NCBI GenBank assembly: GCA_001600815.1
Contig: BCKZ01000033.1
Location: 1 to 64,000, forward strand
From: Alloascoidea hylecoeti
Lineage: Eukaryota
Length of the DNA stretch: 64,000 nt
Reading direction: 5' to 3'
The translations under genes were made by a program, and so were the position numbers. The notes under the pieces are model-generated. The model searched no databases. It was not told the DNA's origin and saw only the letters and a program-made list of their open reading frames with translations. Shown here one piece after another: positions 12,668-25,443 of the stretch. Position 1 is the stretch's first letter. Each line of letters begins with the position of its first letter.

Positions 12668-13141
12668 GTTGGCAAAATTAAGTGAATAATGCGTGTTTGT
12701 GTTTATACCATGGCGGACGGGTAACACACCGTTTCAGATAGATCATGTGATCGTTTCAAATATTATATAGGCTTTAGGAACGAATTTCACGAAATAATGG
12801 TTAATAAATAAAAACAAGTTAGAGAGAAGCAGTATGTTAAGGAACTAGTATAGGCTGTCCCTGAGAATATGATAGTTAACCATGTAGTCAAATCCGATGA
12901 GGGACTCGACCATTACTATCTTAATGCATGGAAAAACTATGATATTTATTACTCCAAGCTTAAAAAGGATGAAGATAAATAAAAAATAATAATTCAATTA
13001 AACGATTATTATAAGTATATAAAGGCGTTACAGCAGACTCAATCAGCTTCAGTTCTATAGTATAAGAGTTATAAATTAAACAAAAAAAAAAGTAGTCATA
13101 TTCTCGAAATATCTAGTTATAAATATATAAAATCATTAAAA

Positions 13142-14134
13142 TTAGATAGAACTCAATCTTTCATTAATATTACTGTGGTCCAGATTAAATTCAGCTTCAA
13201 CAGCCGTTATTCGCGATCGTTTTAAATTTCTTTTCTCTTTATGATGTATTGTTCTTACATGTCTTAATAGGTTAGATCGAACAGAAAAGTTCTTATTACA
13301 ACCTTCATAATGGCAGGAAAATGGCCTTTCACCTGTGTGACTATACATATGAATTTGAAGAGAGCTTGGTCTGATGAATTCTTTAAGACAAATATGGCAA
13401 ACTCTTTTTGTTTGATGTTTTATATGCATACTCATATGAGATTTTGTTATTATTTGTGGCGGTTGCAGCTGCTGATGTGTGAAATGTAAATTATAAGGTA
13501 AAGTGTGTTCATTAGCATATTGGCTTTGCATATTAATCTGAGCTTGCATTATTCTTGGTTGTAAGGGAACGTTGGCATTATAAGTTATGTTTTCTATACT
13601 TAGAGGTGCTGGAGGCAGTAGGGATACATTTGTTTGTTGTTGTGTCTGGAATGTTTGCTTGGGGGAAAATATTGGGACCTTGAGAAAAGCACTTTGCAAT
13701 TGATTATTATTATTTTCGGGATCACTAATTAGGTTACTTATAGATAGAGGATTAGGTTTGGTTGTGGAAGATTCACCATCATAGGATATGGATTCCCTTG
13801 GTGAAGGATAAGCAGAAAATATTTTAGAATCATGAGCATAGCTATAGTTATTGGAGGAGTTTGTAATATTTTGGAATTTTGCATCTGAGTGTTTTGCCAT
13901 TATTCGTTCATACGCATGTAACTGGCTAGCTGCAGAGGGTTGTGTAGTTGAAGGTACGAGGGGAGAAAAGGAATAGGAAGGATTATACCCAGGGTGAGGT
14001 TTCGAGGAAGTGCTACTGATTCTATTTGAAGTTGGGATCAAAGGAGGAAGAGTTGCCGAATCAAAATAACGGGTTGATGAATGAATCGCTGGAGGTTTCA
14101 ACGATATATTTTGTGATTTTTTTGAAATCGTCAT
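13142..14134 (-). CDS. C2H2 zinc-finger transcription factor (FlbC/MtfA/Nrg1-like pair of C-terminal fingers)
   Basis: CHICLKEFIRPSSLQIHMYSHTGERPFSCHYEGCNKNFSVRSNLLRHVRTIH after a low-complexity S/P/Q N-terminus; long upstream intergenic region. Confidence 0.88.
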   Translation of the reverse strand: MTISKKSQNISLKPPAIHSSTRYFDSATLPPLIPTSNRISSTSSKPHPGYNPSYSFSPLVPSTTQPSAASQLHAYERIMAKHSDAKFQNITNSSNNYSYAHDSKIFSAYPSPRESISYDGESSTTKPNPLSISNLISDPENNNNQLQSAFLKVPIFSPKQTFQTQQQTNVSLLPPAPLSIENITYNANVPLQPRIMQAQINMQSQYANEHTLPYNLHFTHQQLQPPQIITKSHMSMHIKHQTKRVCHICLKEFIRPSSLQIHMYSHTGERPFSCHYEGCNKNFSVRSNLLRHVRTIHHKEKRNLKRSRITAVEAEFNLDHSNINERLSSI

Positions 14135-16182
14135 AATTTGAAAATAAAAAGGTACAGAATTAATTTATAATTTGGAAACTTCATAAACCATTGGGAGTTG
14201 AATGTATATATAATTAATGAATATGAATGTAAAATAAAAATACTATAATTTAATGAATTTTTAAATATTTACAATTCTATCCATATTTTTTCAACCTTCT
14301 CAGCGTAAACTGTGACTTGATTTCATTTTGTTATTCTGTAGAAGGTGTAACCCTTGCAAACCCTATATATAAAGTTAAAATGTATATTTTGTGTAGTTAA
14401 CAGTCATTTATAGCATTAAAATCTGGAGATCATGTCTAGATGCTAGTAGGATTCTTGCATTTAATTTTTCAGTACCATGAGCGAGTAAATTCTACGAAAA
14501 TGGGCTGAGCCATACGTGTAATTAAGAGCTGGAGTCTATATTCTTCATGATACGGTCTTTCAATTGCAACAACATATTTGAAATTTTGAAAAAGTTGTAC
14601 AAAGATTATATTTAAAAATATATGAGTTCTATTTTTGACCCGCTTTATATATATGTATTATTTATTATTATTATTATTTATATATTAAAATTATACTTTA
14701 ACGTCGAATATATTTTTAAAACTTATATATATATGATCCAGTGTATGGTTTAAATTTACGGGATATTCCTTTTTGGGTATGACCACATTTTTCACATAAC
14801 AATTGCGTAACAATATTATATATCACTTGATTCGCTTCCTCACGTCATGTCTAAAAGACCCATGGAAGAACAAAATCATACGCGGAGCTACATGTCTAAC
14901 TGAGCATATTATCGTTAAATTTTATTGAATCAACGTCAAGTCTATGGAATAACGTGGTTATAACTTATAAGTTGGATGCCAGGCTCAATTCAGAGGACAA
15001 ATCCTGTATCTATCTCTCTAATCATCAGAAAATCATTAAAATAAAAAACCTTGGACTTGAAGCTGGATCGTCAGAAGATGATCATCAAAAAGCAATTATA
15101 AACATATAATCAAAGGGTTTAAGGATCTATAAAACTAGCCCATTAAAAATCTCCGACGGGGTTTCTTTATGTATGATATTAAATTAGGTTTACGGTTAAA
15201 GTTAAAATTGTACGAGGGGAAATCGGGTCCCATGTGCCGATCCGATATTGCATCTAATGATCTAAACAACCTTGGAACATCCTAAATACGTAAATCAGGT
15301 TCAATATATTTCACAGAATATGGTGATAAAATTCGTAAATTACTTTTATCTTCAAAAAAAGGAAAGAGATGTATGAATGATATAACTTATATTTATTGAA
15401 CATAAAAAGAGAAATAGATGAAGTGTGGATTCTCATAGTGGCACTCTTTCGGTTGATACATTTAACTTGTAAAAGATGAAAAGATCATGGTTCGGATGCT
15501 GGATTTAACCGTAAATACATTATAAATTATCCTTTAAGATTCCAAATTTTGTAGATTATGTCATAGTAACCATTTACATGTATTTAGTAAATATAGACCA
15601 GCTGTTTTGTCTTGTCTTAATATTATCTAAACTTTTGTTCTGTGTTCACCCTATAATTGAATTCTTGTATACAGTGATTTGCTTTATCTCATCTTTGCTT
15701 ATCCTAGCTTTGTTTTTACTATCTATGTCTATCGTTGAAACGTCAAATTTCATCCTTAGATTTCCTTATTATAATATAATATAAGTAAAGTAAATATTCT
15801 ATATAAAGTTTTTCCCGGCCGGGTTCAAAGCTTCATCTTTATGCATCAGCGCTTATAATTGAGATTGTATTTTTGATAGATCTAACTTATAATCAACCCA
15901 TATTTTTCTTAATAAATCCCTGGGTGTCGCTTTATTTAGAAAAAGTTGAAATATGCGTTGATATTAGGATTCTTGAAGATCGGATTATTGATCTCGGTTT
16001 CGGTTCATTTTTAGGCATTTTAACAAAAGTCTTTCAATAAAATAATGTTGGTTGATCTGTGGTTTCGACAAATATCCTGAGAAGAAAAGAAAAGAAATAC
16101 ATACTAAGTTATCAATACCATATAAATCGATACTTTGTTCCTTATTAGTATTCAAATAATACTATAATATCTTACTAGGTAA

Positions 16183-16330
16183 CACTAAATAATTATCTCC
16201 AATATCACTAATTAGTTAATTAATTTCCAAACCGAGCGCTAATTAATTTACGGAAATAATGTTAATGAATTCCCAGACATAACGCTAATTATTTTCGAAA
16301 ATAGCACTACTGATTGGGAAAGAACTGTAT
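16183..16330. repeat. Second, partial copy of the dispersed repeat at 3058-3525
   Basis: Colinear shared blocks taaataatt.tctc.aa.atcactaatta, ttccaaa..gag(c)gctaattaattta, tcccagaca...ctaattatt.t.gaaa.tag. Ends ...ACTG|TA, similar to a Tc1/pogo terminus. Confidence 0.6.
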
Positions 16331-16783
16331 AAACCTCTTTTTTTATTTTTTTGGGCTCGATAATGAACCTATATACCTGGAATACAAACACTGATGCTCT
16401 TCCAAAATAATTAAACAAAAATCATTAATTATATAATCTATTGAGTTTTATACATACAACATCATTATATTTATAAATAAATCCGACTTTAGTATGAGAC
16501 CCTTTCAAGTCAGTAAACGTATATCAAGTTGATCATATTCTTTCACTCCCCGTCTCTTTATAATTATCCTTTAATTGAATGCAACCGTCAAAGAAGATAT
16601 TCCCCCACAATATGAATATTATCACGCTGATATGCTTTCGGAACTTGATTGTCGTGAATCAAAGCATACTCCCTAATTTTATGGGATTTATATTATACGC
16701 CTATAATATCTTATAGGTATCAAATTTCTGTGACCAGAGCTCCAACGAAAAAAAAATTAGAATTGGCTAGCTTGGCTATATGT

Positions 16784-19213
16784 TTAAATGGGGACATCCC
16801 CTATTACTAAATCTCGAATCTCACGAATATACTGCCGATTATATGTTTCACCAGGTATAAACCAATTCTTCACTTTGCGATCCCATCTTAATTCCTCATG
16901 TTTAAGAGTTGCTAAATATTCCTTACTCAATTGAAACTCATTACCAACTTGAAATTCACCTTCAGTGCTTACCTTATGGGCTCGCTTGGTAGGGACTATA
17001 GGGTTTGTCCAACTTAGTAGACCGGAACTAACACTAGAATTTTGTAATTGGCCAGTAGAGATCTTCGACGAACTCATAGGTATTCGATTCAAAGATGCAC
17101 TAGTATCCACATCTAGATCATCCAATCCTTCAAAAGGATCAGAAGATTCAGCTTCATCCATATTTATCCAGCACAATACTTCAGGATCAAACACCATCTT
17201 ACCCACTATTTTAACACCTTTGTGTGACATGAATGATATTAGTCCTGGGTTTTTTGTTGTAATAGAGTCAAATTTTTGTAGTTCAGATTCATTACCTTCC
17301 CATTTTAAAGTATCTGGATTGAATTTCATAGTACCATTAAGCCCATCTATAAATGTAGTGACCGGCATAGATAATTGCTTTATGAGACCTATTCCCTTCC
17401 TAGGTTTAGCTCTTCTCGGGCTTTGCGTATTATTTCGAGATTTTCTCTTTCTATCTTGAGGTTCTTGATAAGATTCAAGTTTTAATTTTGGGATCATCCA
17501 TATATTCCTCTTTGAATTCTTTATTGTTCCGTTTTCATCAAGAGTTTCCAAGTATCTAGATTCTAAAATCTGATTTGTTGACAAAGTAGATATTGCATCT
17601 AATTCGGTCCCATCTCCAAAAATGGAAGGTTTATTTCTTGGCTTTCTAATTACTCTGGGTCTTCTTAATGTCGCAAACATATCTACATCCTCATTCTCAT
17701 AATCTGCATCATAATCCATATGTCTTGATTCTGCAGAGGATGAAGAAAAACAATCGCCACTTTTTTTTGGTCTTAAAAAATCTGACCTATTATATTTTTC
17801 TAAGTTTCCAGATGAAGATATTGCTCTTAAATTCCGTTTAATCGATATCGAGTTGTGCCTTGTATCTTTCGTTCTTTGTTGCCTTAATAATGGCATTGAT
17901 TGTTTAGTTCTTAACTTCTTTTGCCGTAACCCCGACCTTGTTGGTGATTCTAGAATAGAGTTGTTTCTGGATGAAAGTTTGTTCGAGAACATGTCTGAGG
18001 AGACAGAGTCTAAATCCACAGGCCCCGGAAGTCTAGTAGGTTTCAGTTTAGAAGAATCTGAAGCTACTATACCAGCATCATTTGATGCTAGACCATATTG
18101 ACGAAGCGGGGTTTGTAAAAATCCATTCTGTGACATTGTAGTTATTGGTGTTCTAATTACTATATTTCTGTTTATACATCTAGCATTTGATATTAGAAGT
18201 TCATCAAGATATGTGTTTCCTCTTTTCGTTTCAGGCGACTTTAGTAGCTCAAATCCTTCAAAAAAGTTCCAGTCTCCTTCCACTTCTTCATCATTCACTA
18301 ATGTATTTTTAAACTCTTGATTCCAACTTTCATCAAGATTTTGTGACTTCTTTCTGACCTTTTCCTTGAGAGTAGTGAAGTTTTTCTGTTTGGTTTGAAG
18401 TTCCATAAACTCTTTTTTGGCCTCTTCTTCTGCTGCTTTTATCTTTTTTGATAATATGGATCTGAAATCTAATGAATCATCTGGTAGAATAAACCCCTCT
18501 AAAACATTTAGCGATTCAGTTTCACTCTCCTCAAAAGTCGAGGTAGATGTCACAGACGAGCTACTCGTGCTCATGCTACTAGATGAAGAAAATATAGAAT
18601 TCGAACTGGGTAGAGTTGATATTGTATTGTCGAATTTCGAACTGAAGAGTACATTTTCACTGGTTTTTCGACTTAAGTTCATGTTCCCTGGATTAATTGG
18701 GATCAGAAATTCATAATCTATTTCATCACTGGTATCTTTGAATTTCACTAATCTATCATTTTTAACTTTTTTTTGTAATGTTTGACAACCTTTCTTGCTT
18801 GTAATGGTGTCTCCCCAGTCTTCACCAGCCAGATCAGGTAGTTTATTATTACCTGATGTTAATGTGAGATTAGCAAATTTATTACTGAGATTTTTTGAGA
18901 TATCCGATCCTTTAAAATCGTTTAACGATATAAAATTTTTCTTTGCTGGAGATCTTGAAGACTCTCGAGTCACAAATCCATTAATTCCTGATGTTTCTGT
19001 CATTTTTCTTGATAGGTCGCGATCTGGGGATGAAGAAGCACTACTAGATTCTCTCAAATCCATAAAATCTATAGCCTGACAATCAAAATCATCGTCCCAG
19101 TTTTCTATCTTCTCTCTTAATGAGGCTTTCTTTTCTTGTTTTGAAAAGTATTCTGCCAACTTATGCTTGCTTTGTTTCTTTGATACTTTTATAGATGCGC
19201 TCATGACATGCAC
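16784..19213 (-). CDS. BFA1: Mitotic exit/septation network GAP subunit Bfa1/Byr4
   Basis: ENWDDDF N-terminal motif, IFGDGTELD, and the two imperfect repeats GTMKFNPDTLKWEGNE and GKMVFDPEVLCW typical of Byr4/Bfa1. Confidence 0.85.
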   Translation of the reverse strand: MHVMSASIKVSKKQSKHKLAEYFSKQEKKASLREKIENWDDDFDCQAIDFMDLRESSSASSSPDRDLSRKMTETSGINGFVTRESSRSPAKKNFISLNDFKGSDISKNLSNKFANLTLTSGNNKLPDLAGEDWGDTITSKKGCQTLQKKVKNDRLVKFKDTSDEIDYEFLIPINPGNMNLSRKTSENVLFSSKFDNTISTLPSSNSIFSSSSSMSTSSSSVTSTSTFEESETESLNVLEGFILPDDSLDFRSILSKKIKAAEEEAKKEFMELQTKQKNFTTLKEKVRKKSQNLDESWNQEFKNTLVNDEEVEGDWNFFEGFELLKSPETKRGNTYLDELLISNARCINRNIVIRTPITTMSQNGFLQTPLRQYGLASNDAGIVASDSSKLKPTRLPGPVDLDSVSSDMFSNKLSSRNNSILESPTRSGLRQKKLRTKQSMPLLRQQRTKDTRHNSISIKRNLRAISSSGNLEKYNRSDFLRPKKSGDCFSSSSAESRHMDYDADYENEDVDMFATLRRPRVIRKPRNKPSIFGDGTELDAISTLSTNQILESRYLETLDENGTIKNSKRNIWMIPKLKLESYQEPQDRKRKSRNNTQSPRRAKPRKGIGLIKQLSMPVTTFIDGLNGTMKFNPDTLKWEGNESELQKFDSITTKNPGLISFMSHKGVKIVGKMVFDPEVLCWINMDEAESSDPFEGLDDLDVDTSASLNRIPMSSSKISTGQLQNSSVSSGLLSWTNPIVPTKRAHKVSTEGEFQVGNEFQLSKEYLATLKHEELRWDRKVKNWFIPGETYNRQYIREIRDLVIGDVPI

Positions 19214-19898
19214 AGAGGTTCCCGTTGAGTCACAACCTGAAAATAGAAATTAACTGTGAAATATAAAAGAGCGGATTAAGTTAAAATGTAAGATGAGGAA
19301 GATTATTGTTTTTGCTGAGGGAGGAATCAAATCTTAGGAGGTTTGTTTTCTAATTACCCCATTCAGCAATGCTGAAAATTGTCTGGGTGTTTGATAAAGT
19401 CGCGTACGAAAGAAAGTAAATAAAAATGAATTTCATTTCATTTGTTCTACGCGTATCTCTTCTGAATGAATTCCAGGAATCGAATGTGTAATATCATCAA
19501 GACAGTTCAACACTACTGAATACACCCTATAATTCAATTATTTTATATCAGATGGTAAAATTTTCAAAATATTATATTAATTAATGTATGAGCACTTTTT
19601 AAAGAAAAGGTTCATATAATAATGACATTAATATCAAATATAAATATAAATCTACCATGAATGTGCGAAAATGGATCTTTATAATGTTATTTAAATTCTT
19701 GTCTCTTGTGAAATCAGTGTGGATTTATATTATAATTATACCCATTTTGACCATTCAGCTTGGATAATTAAGTCAACTACATGTATTATAATTAATTAAA
19801 TCACAAAAATCCAGGGTTTTATGTGTTATGACAACGTTAATAGATTCATAACTCTCTTTTCTTCTTCTACATAAGACATTTATATTGGTCACTCAAAA

Positions 19899-20891
19899 AT
19901 GGAATATTTACAATCTGGTTCGACCTCAAGTATCAGGATTAACCTAGGTTCTAAACCAGCAGAAATGATGCTCAACTCGAAAATCCAATATTCGTCACAG
20001 TTAATAACGAGAGAAGGCAAACAGAATAATACTATTTGGAGGAAACAAAAAGATATTCCAAAAATTGTACTGCAATATAATGATAGATTAAGATCATATT
20101 GCTCTACTAAGAAAACATTTACAACGAGATATTTATATACAATTAATAATAAGAATGGTAAACTAATTAGTTTTAGCAAAATTGCCACGGATTTATTAAA
20201 ATGGGTTATAAGTGATTTTCAAGAGTTAGATGAATTTTTGGATATTTCAAAGTTGATTGATTTAAATGATTTAAATGGCTTTAAAATTGATATCAGTATT
20301 AAGTTCATAACAAGTGCAAATGACAATGAGTTTGATGATAACTTTACTCAATTATTATTTAAAACTTGGGAAGAATTTAATGTAGAATTACAACATCATA
20401 AATTTTTAATTCCAAATGATGATGATAAGGAAAATAATAACAATCATAAATCAAAATTTAAATTACATCAAGTAAAAATTGAAGAAATGCCATTTATACC
20501 ACCAGAAACAACTATTAAAGTGAAAACTCAACCAACGAAAATTATAACATTCGAAATTGAGACAATGTACAGTTGGTGGAAAAAAGATGGTGAAGAGGTT
20601 TTAAAGATGTTTGAAAACTTTGGATCAATTAGAAAACTTTTTACGGAGGAAATAGATGATGTTCTAAAGAACCCAGATTATAATGATAATGAATCATCAA
20701 ATATCATTCGTACGATATCGGGTAGACGTAATCCTTATGTATCAGTTTATGTTGTTATTGAGTTTAAAAAGAATATGGATGATATGCCTTTAAAAGTATA
20801 TTGCCCCAAAGGTACACCGGATCCTGAGAATGATGGTAAAAGGACTATTTCTAAATCCTTCTTTAGAATTAATGTGGTTTCTGAAATATAA
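19899..20891 (+). CDS. Hypothetical protein, 330 aa
   Basis: Long open frame with ATG in good context (aaaaATG) in AT-rich DNA; no family recognised. Confidence 0.65.
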   Translation: MEYLQSGSTSSIRINLGSKPAEMMLNSKIQYSSQLITREGKQNNTIWRKQKDIPKIVLQYNDRLRSYCSTKKTFTTRYLYTINNKNGKLISFSKIATDLLKWVISDFQELDEFLDISKLIDLNDLNGFKIDISIKFITSANDNEFDDNFTQLLFKTWEEFNVELQHHKFLIPNDDDKENNNNHKSKFKLHQVKIEEMPFIPPETTIKVKTQPTKIITFEIETMYSWWKKDGEEVLKMFENFGSIRKLFTEEIDDVLKNPDYNDNESSNIIRTISGRRNPYVSVYVVIEFKKNMDDMPLKVYCPKGTPDPENDGKRTISKSFFRINVVSEI

Positions 20892-21964
20892 CACAAACCA
20901 AACAATAGTGAGAAAGCATATGCTACAATATTAATACTAATAGTATTGACAGTCACTATACACTTGTAGCTAGCACTAGTGGACTTTTTAGTTGTTGTTT
21001 TTTGATTTATATAACGTTAGATCAATAATTTGTTTAATAATATCTTTCTGTTATCATGATATAAGTTATAATATAATGTAGGGCATCCGAATCATAATTT
21101 TTCGTTATTATGGCGGAGGCATATGCATATTATAGGTAGTTACATGTAAGTAAAACACCATCCCAAACGTCTTTATACCACTCCAATATATATTCAGGCA
21201 TTTCCATTCTATCCATTTGGTTCTTATTATTCAGATAAGGTCAATTACATGATGTAAATATTACATATTCTTGTATTTACAGAGGCATTGTATTTGATAT
21301 TCTAATGTTGCAATTGAACTTTGATGTCAGCTTCATAAACGTATTAGAGGAGGGAGCCCTTACAACTCTCAGGATTTGATTTAATCCTGTTTCAGAAAAG
21401 TATCTTGGTCTCTTTTTGTTTAGGAAGTATTATTCTAGAAAAGTTGTTGGAAAATTTTCGTATTGTGTTGCAAGTGATTAAGCGTTTTGAGTTTTTTGGA
21501 ACTGAGAAGCTATATATATATTTACATGAATTATGATTTATATTTCAATCTGCTTAGTTGGTTGCAATTGATTTCTAGATTTAGAATTTCCTAGAATCTC
21601 GCTTAATGAAATTCAGGAAGTCATTCTACAGTATATTTAAAAAAATGGGATTTTTTAGAAATGTATAAAAACACACTCCCAGATATGGTTCAATGAGAAA
21701 TCTTCAGATGAAACAGTATAATATCTCTCGATTCTCGTCTCATTCAGAATCCATAGTTTAATTAGATATATTTCCATTTAATATATTACAGTAAATCTCA
21801 TTATTTTATTTCTACCATCTCAATTGTTTTTGTCTACATATACCAGTATTGATGTTCAGCGGACAATTTCATATTGAGTATTTAATACAATAACTTTAAA
21901 GTATAAATATATAAGTCTGTCACAGTCTCAAACATTAATAATACAAGCTTAAATCCATTTTCAA

Positions 21965-22225
21965 TTAGAATCTATATTTTGCTTATAATAGGAGGTTTAT
22001 ATCCATTTACAAGCTTACATTCATATAAACAATTAAAACAAATAGAAAACGCGCTAATAATAAACACTGACGACTAGAATATAGTATTTTGTTTATAATA
22101 GGAAGTTTATACTAAGATAAATAAACAAAAAAAATAGAGAATGCGATAAAAATAAATAAATACAGCTTGAAGATGGTATTTACATACTGGTAAACAAACT
22201 CAGCTAGAATACGGTATTTATGTAA
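21965..22225. repeat. Degenerate ~110-130 bp tandem repeat (about 2.5 units)
   Basis: tagaat...tattttg.ttataatagga.gtttata at ~21966 and ~22076; aaataga.aa.gcg.taa.aataaa repeated; a third partial ctagaatacggtattt at ~22204. Confidence 0.55.
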
Positions 22226-23297
22226 ACAAACGCAGCAGGATGTTCATATTAGGAAATGGATATAAATAAGATATTATTTCATTAATTTATTATAAATACA
22301 AGGGAGTATTCTCATTTTATAGATTAAAGTATTTTCCTCATCTTTTCCTTCTAGAATCCACACTCTCTGTAATTAATTAATTAGCCAAATTGTATTTTCA
22401 TAGATAAAAAAAACCATCTGATCATTTTTAGTATAAACACAAGTAGAAAACTATTTATTTTTAGCTATAGATTAAGCTCTTATAATACATATTCAAAGGA
22501 TTGAAAGCTTATTCTTATCGCACCTTATCGGATTGTTAAGCGCCTCTGTAATCAACATTAACCTTTCTAATATTGTGGAGAATAATGAAAATAAATAATG
22601 TTTCTAAAACTTGAAGATGCATAGGGGTTTATTTATAAAGTTGATATCGATCAACTAGAAGGGTTTCTCTTGATGGGAATCCCTTAATCTGTCACCCCCT
22701 AGAGGCCCCAGTGCTAGCTGTTCTAGGTTCTCTTTTCATTGGCACACGAATTAGAGGTGGAGTCTATGAAAATGTGCATAGATAAGGTTGATATGTTATT
22801 AAGAGATCTGTGAGAACAAATACATGAAAATGTGGACTACTGCAAAAGTCGATGTAATTCAGAGGTCTAATTATAACAAATCCATTTCTAAACAATGTCT
22901 ATTAAATAAATAATTCAATGTGTGCACTGTGTGCACATTTCTCCACTCATTAAAACTAGTGTCCCTATGTAAATCAAAAGTGAACAAATGAATTATAAAA
23001 CAAAATGAAATTAAACTACTTAGATTATGATTATAAAAACAAAAATAAATTTACGAATACCATCTATTCCACTTCTTCCAGTCTTTATAATTATAAATTT
23101 TACCCTCTAACCATAATCAGCTGATATATACCGATATAACTTATATAATATATAATTTTCTTTATCATCATTTGAATTTAAATTTAAATTTGTTTAACAA
23201 GTATTAAAACTAATTCATATATCTTGTATCTTGTATATGATTTATTAATATTTATAGATCTTTTTTTTTTTTATCTAATCATCACATTCACCTCCAT

Positions 23298-23301
<4 letters not shown>

Positions 23302-23332
<31 letters not shown>
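23302..23332. repeat. Poly(A) tract, 31 nt
   Basis: Directly visible, downstream of ERG5. Confidence 0.95.
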
Positions 23333-23336
<4 letters not shown>

Positions 23337-23510
23337 CGTATTTACTTTATAAATAACAAATTAAAAGACAAAAGTAAAATGTTTGTAAAATATGGTGTGT
23401 CCTTACAGCAATATTAAATTTAATTCATTACATTCATGATCATTCAATCCTCCATTGGAATTGATTTGATTGTCTGTAATATAAATGTTGCTATCATAAT
23501 GAAATTAATT

Positions 23511-25100
23511 TTATAGAATTTCAGGATTTTCTCTTTTATGAAATTGTAAAATAACATCATCTTGTGGGAAAATAGTAGCAAATACTTTAATTTCCTCACT
23601 TTTTTCAGTTATAACATGTTTAAAATCAGTTAACATACATGCTTTACCAATCATTGCAGCAAAATTCATTGTTGCATAAATTTGACCAAGACAAACATGT
23701 GGACCAGTACCAAATACTAACCAATTTTTTTTAGCTTTTGATGCAATTGAATCAGGTAACCAACGTTCAGGTATAAATTCTTCGGGATTTTCATAAACTT
23801 CTGGATCATGTAAAGCAGGATATAAAGTTGGAATTAACATTGAACCAGCTGGAGCAGTATAAGTTGGAGAAACAGGATATGGTTTTTTAACAACATATGG
23901 AACCATTATAACTGGTGGACGTAAACGAAGACATTCTTTAACAACCATATTTGTATAAGTCATATTATCAATCATATCTAAACTTAATTGCATATTTGGA
24001 TCACCATCACGAACTCTTAATTGTTCTTCACGAATTTTAGCAAATACATCAGGTCTATCAGCAACTAATTGAAATAACCAACATGTAGCAGAAGAAGAAG
24101 CATCTTGTGAAGCAAATAAAAATGTAAAAATAGTTTCTGAAATTTCTTTATTTGTAAATTCTCTAACCAAAAATTTTCTATTTTCATCATTTTTTGAATT
24201 ACCTTCTCTTGCTTCTTTCATTAATTTGATCCAAGCATCCATAACACAAGTTGGTTCACCACCATTACCAATATGATCTTTAGCTTGCTGAGCACAATTT
24301 GCAAAAATATTCATTGTTTCATTTGCAATTTTTTTACCATACCAAGTTTTTGTATAAGGTAAAATAATTGGAAAATTAACTAATTCTAAAGCAGCTGTTA
24401 CTCTATAATAATTATCAGAAACAAATTTAACTTGATCATCAGCAATATATTCACCACAAAAAGTTCTTAAAGAAACAGCACAATTAATATCTCTGAATTC
24501 ATGAAAAAAAGTCATTGGTTCTTTTTGAGAAACATTACAGAAATGTTCAATATATTTATCATAAATTTTCTCTTGCGCAGGTAAATAAACACCTAATGCG
24601 GAACGGGTGAAAAGACCATTTAATCCACGTCTATATTCAACATGAGCTTTACCATCCAAAAATACCCAATTTGTAGATCGTAGGATTTTAATTGCAACAT
24701 CAACGACACAAGGTTTGACATAGGCAGGAGCAGATAAGACCTTACGTGCCAAGTCACGGGTTGAAGCAATAATGACGAATTTATGAAAGACCGAAACGCA
24801 AGATAATGGTCCTGATTTCCATTTTGCGTAATATTCTTCAAATTTCGGGTCCAATGATTCCAAAAATGGACCTATGATTGGATACATTTTAAGAGCAGGA
24901 CCAGCGATTGTTCCCTTTTTTTGGATATAACTTATTTGATCCCACAATAAAACAAGTAATAAACCTGCGATTGCAAGCTTCCAAATACTAATTGTTATTA
25001 AAGCATTGAAAAAATCAAGTATAGCAGAATCAACAGATAACCCGCTTGAACCCGAGCGCAACTGTGTTGCGTTTGCTAACGTCTCGTATAACCCAGCCAT
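23511..25100 (-). CDS. ERG5: Sterol C-22 desaturase, cytochrome P450 CYP61
   Basis: FTFLFASQDASSS (I-helix), KECLRLRPP (ExxR), PERW, heme motif FGTGPHVCLG, SEEIKVFATIFPQD. Confidence 0.97.
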   Translation of the reverse strand: MAGLYETLANATQLRSGSSGLSVDSAILDFFNALITISIWKLAIAGLLLVLLWDQISYIQKKGTIAGPALKMYPIIGPFLESLDPKFEEYYAKWKSGPLSCVSVFHKFVIIASTRDLARKVLSAPAYVKPCVVDVAIKILRSTNWVFLDGKAHVEYRRGLNGLFTRSALGVYLPAQEKIYDKYIEHFCNVSQKEPMTFFHEFRDINCAVSLRTFCGEYIADDQVKFVSDNYYRVTAALELVNFPIILPYTKTWYGKKIANETMNIFANCAQQAKDHIGNGGEPTCVMDAWIKLMKEAREGNSKNDENRKFLVREFTNKEISETIFTFLFASQDASSSATCWLFQLVADRPDVFAKIREEQLRVRDGDPNMQLSLDMIDNMTYTNMVVKECLRLRPPVIMVPYVVKKPYPVSPTYTAPAGSMLIPTLYPALHDPEVYENPEEFIPERWLPDSIASKAKKNWLVFGTGPHVCLGQIYATMNFAAMIGKACMLTDFKHVITEKSEEIKVFATIFPQDDVILQFHKRENPEIL

Positions 25101-25443
25101 TTATACAAGAAATTGGGAAGAAATTGGTAATCAGTGGAGTATTTAAAATAAAAGGAAAGTGTAAAAAACAAGAAGTAGGAAAAAAAAATAATTTAACAAC
25201 ATTTATATACAATGTAAGTTTGTGGATCGTCAAATCGCAATAATGTCAGGCTATCCGTTTCTGTGCGCTGATTGGTCCGTGCGTTTTGGGTGGGAAACGC
25301 GCGACACATTTTCCAAACGCATTTGTCTCGCGTGTTTTTATTATAAAGGCCGGTCCGCCAATCATGCCGAAGACCTACCCGGACGACGCTGTTATCGGGC
25401 TGATAATTGCGCAACCGACACGCAGCTATGTGCGCTTGCTGTG

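Noticed and set aside
16965..19079. Plus-strand ORFs of 82-164 aa within BFA1 (likewise antisense ORFs in SAC1, IRC5, BCY1 and MIR1)
   Set aside because: Antisense shadows of real genes with no independent motifs.
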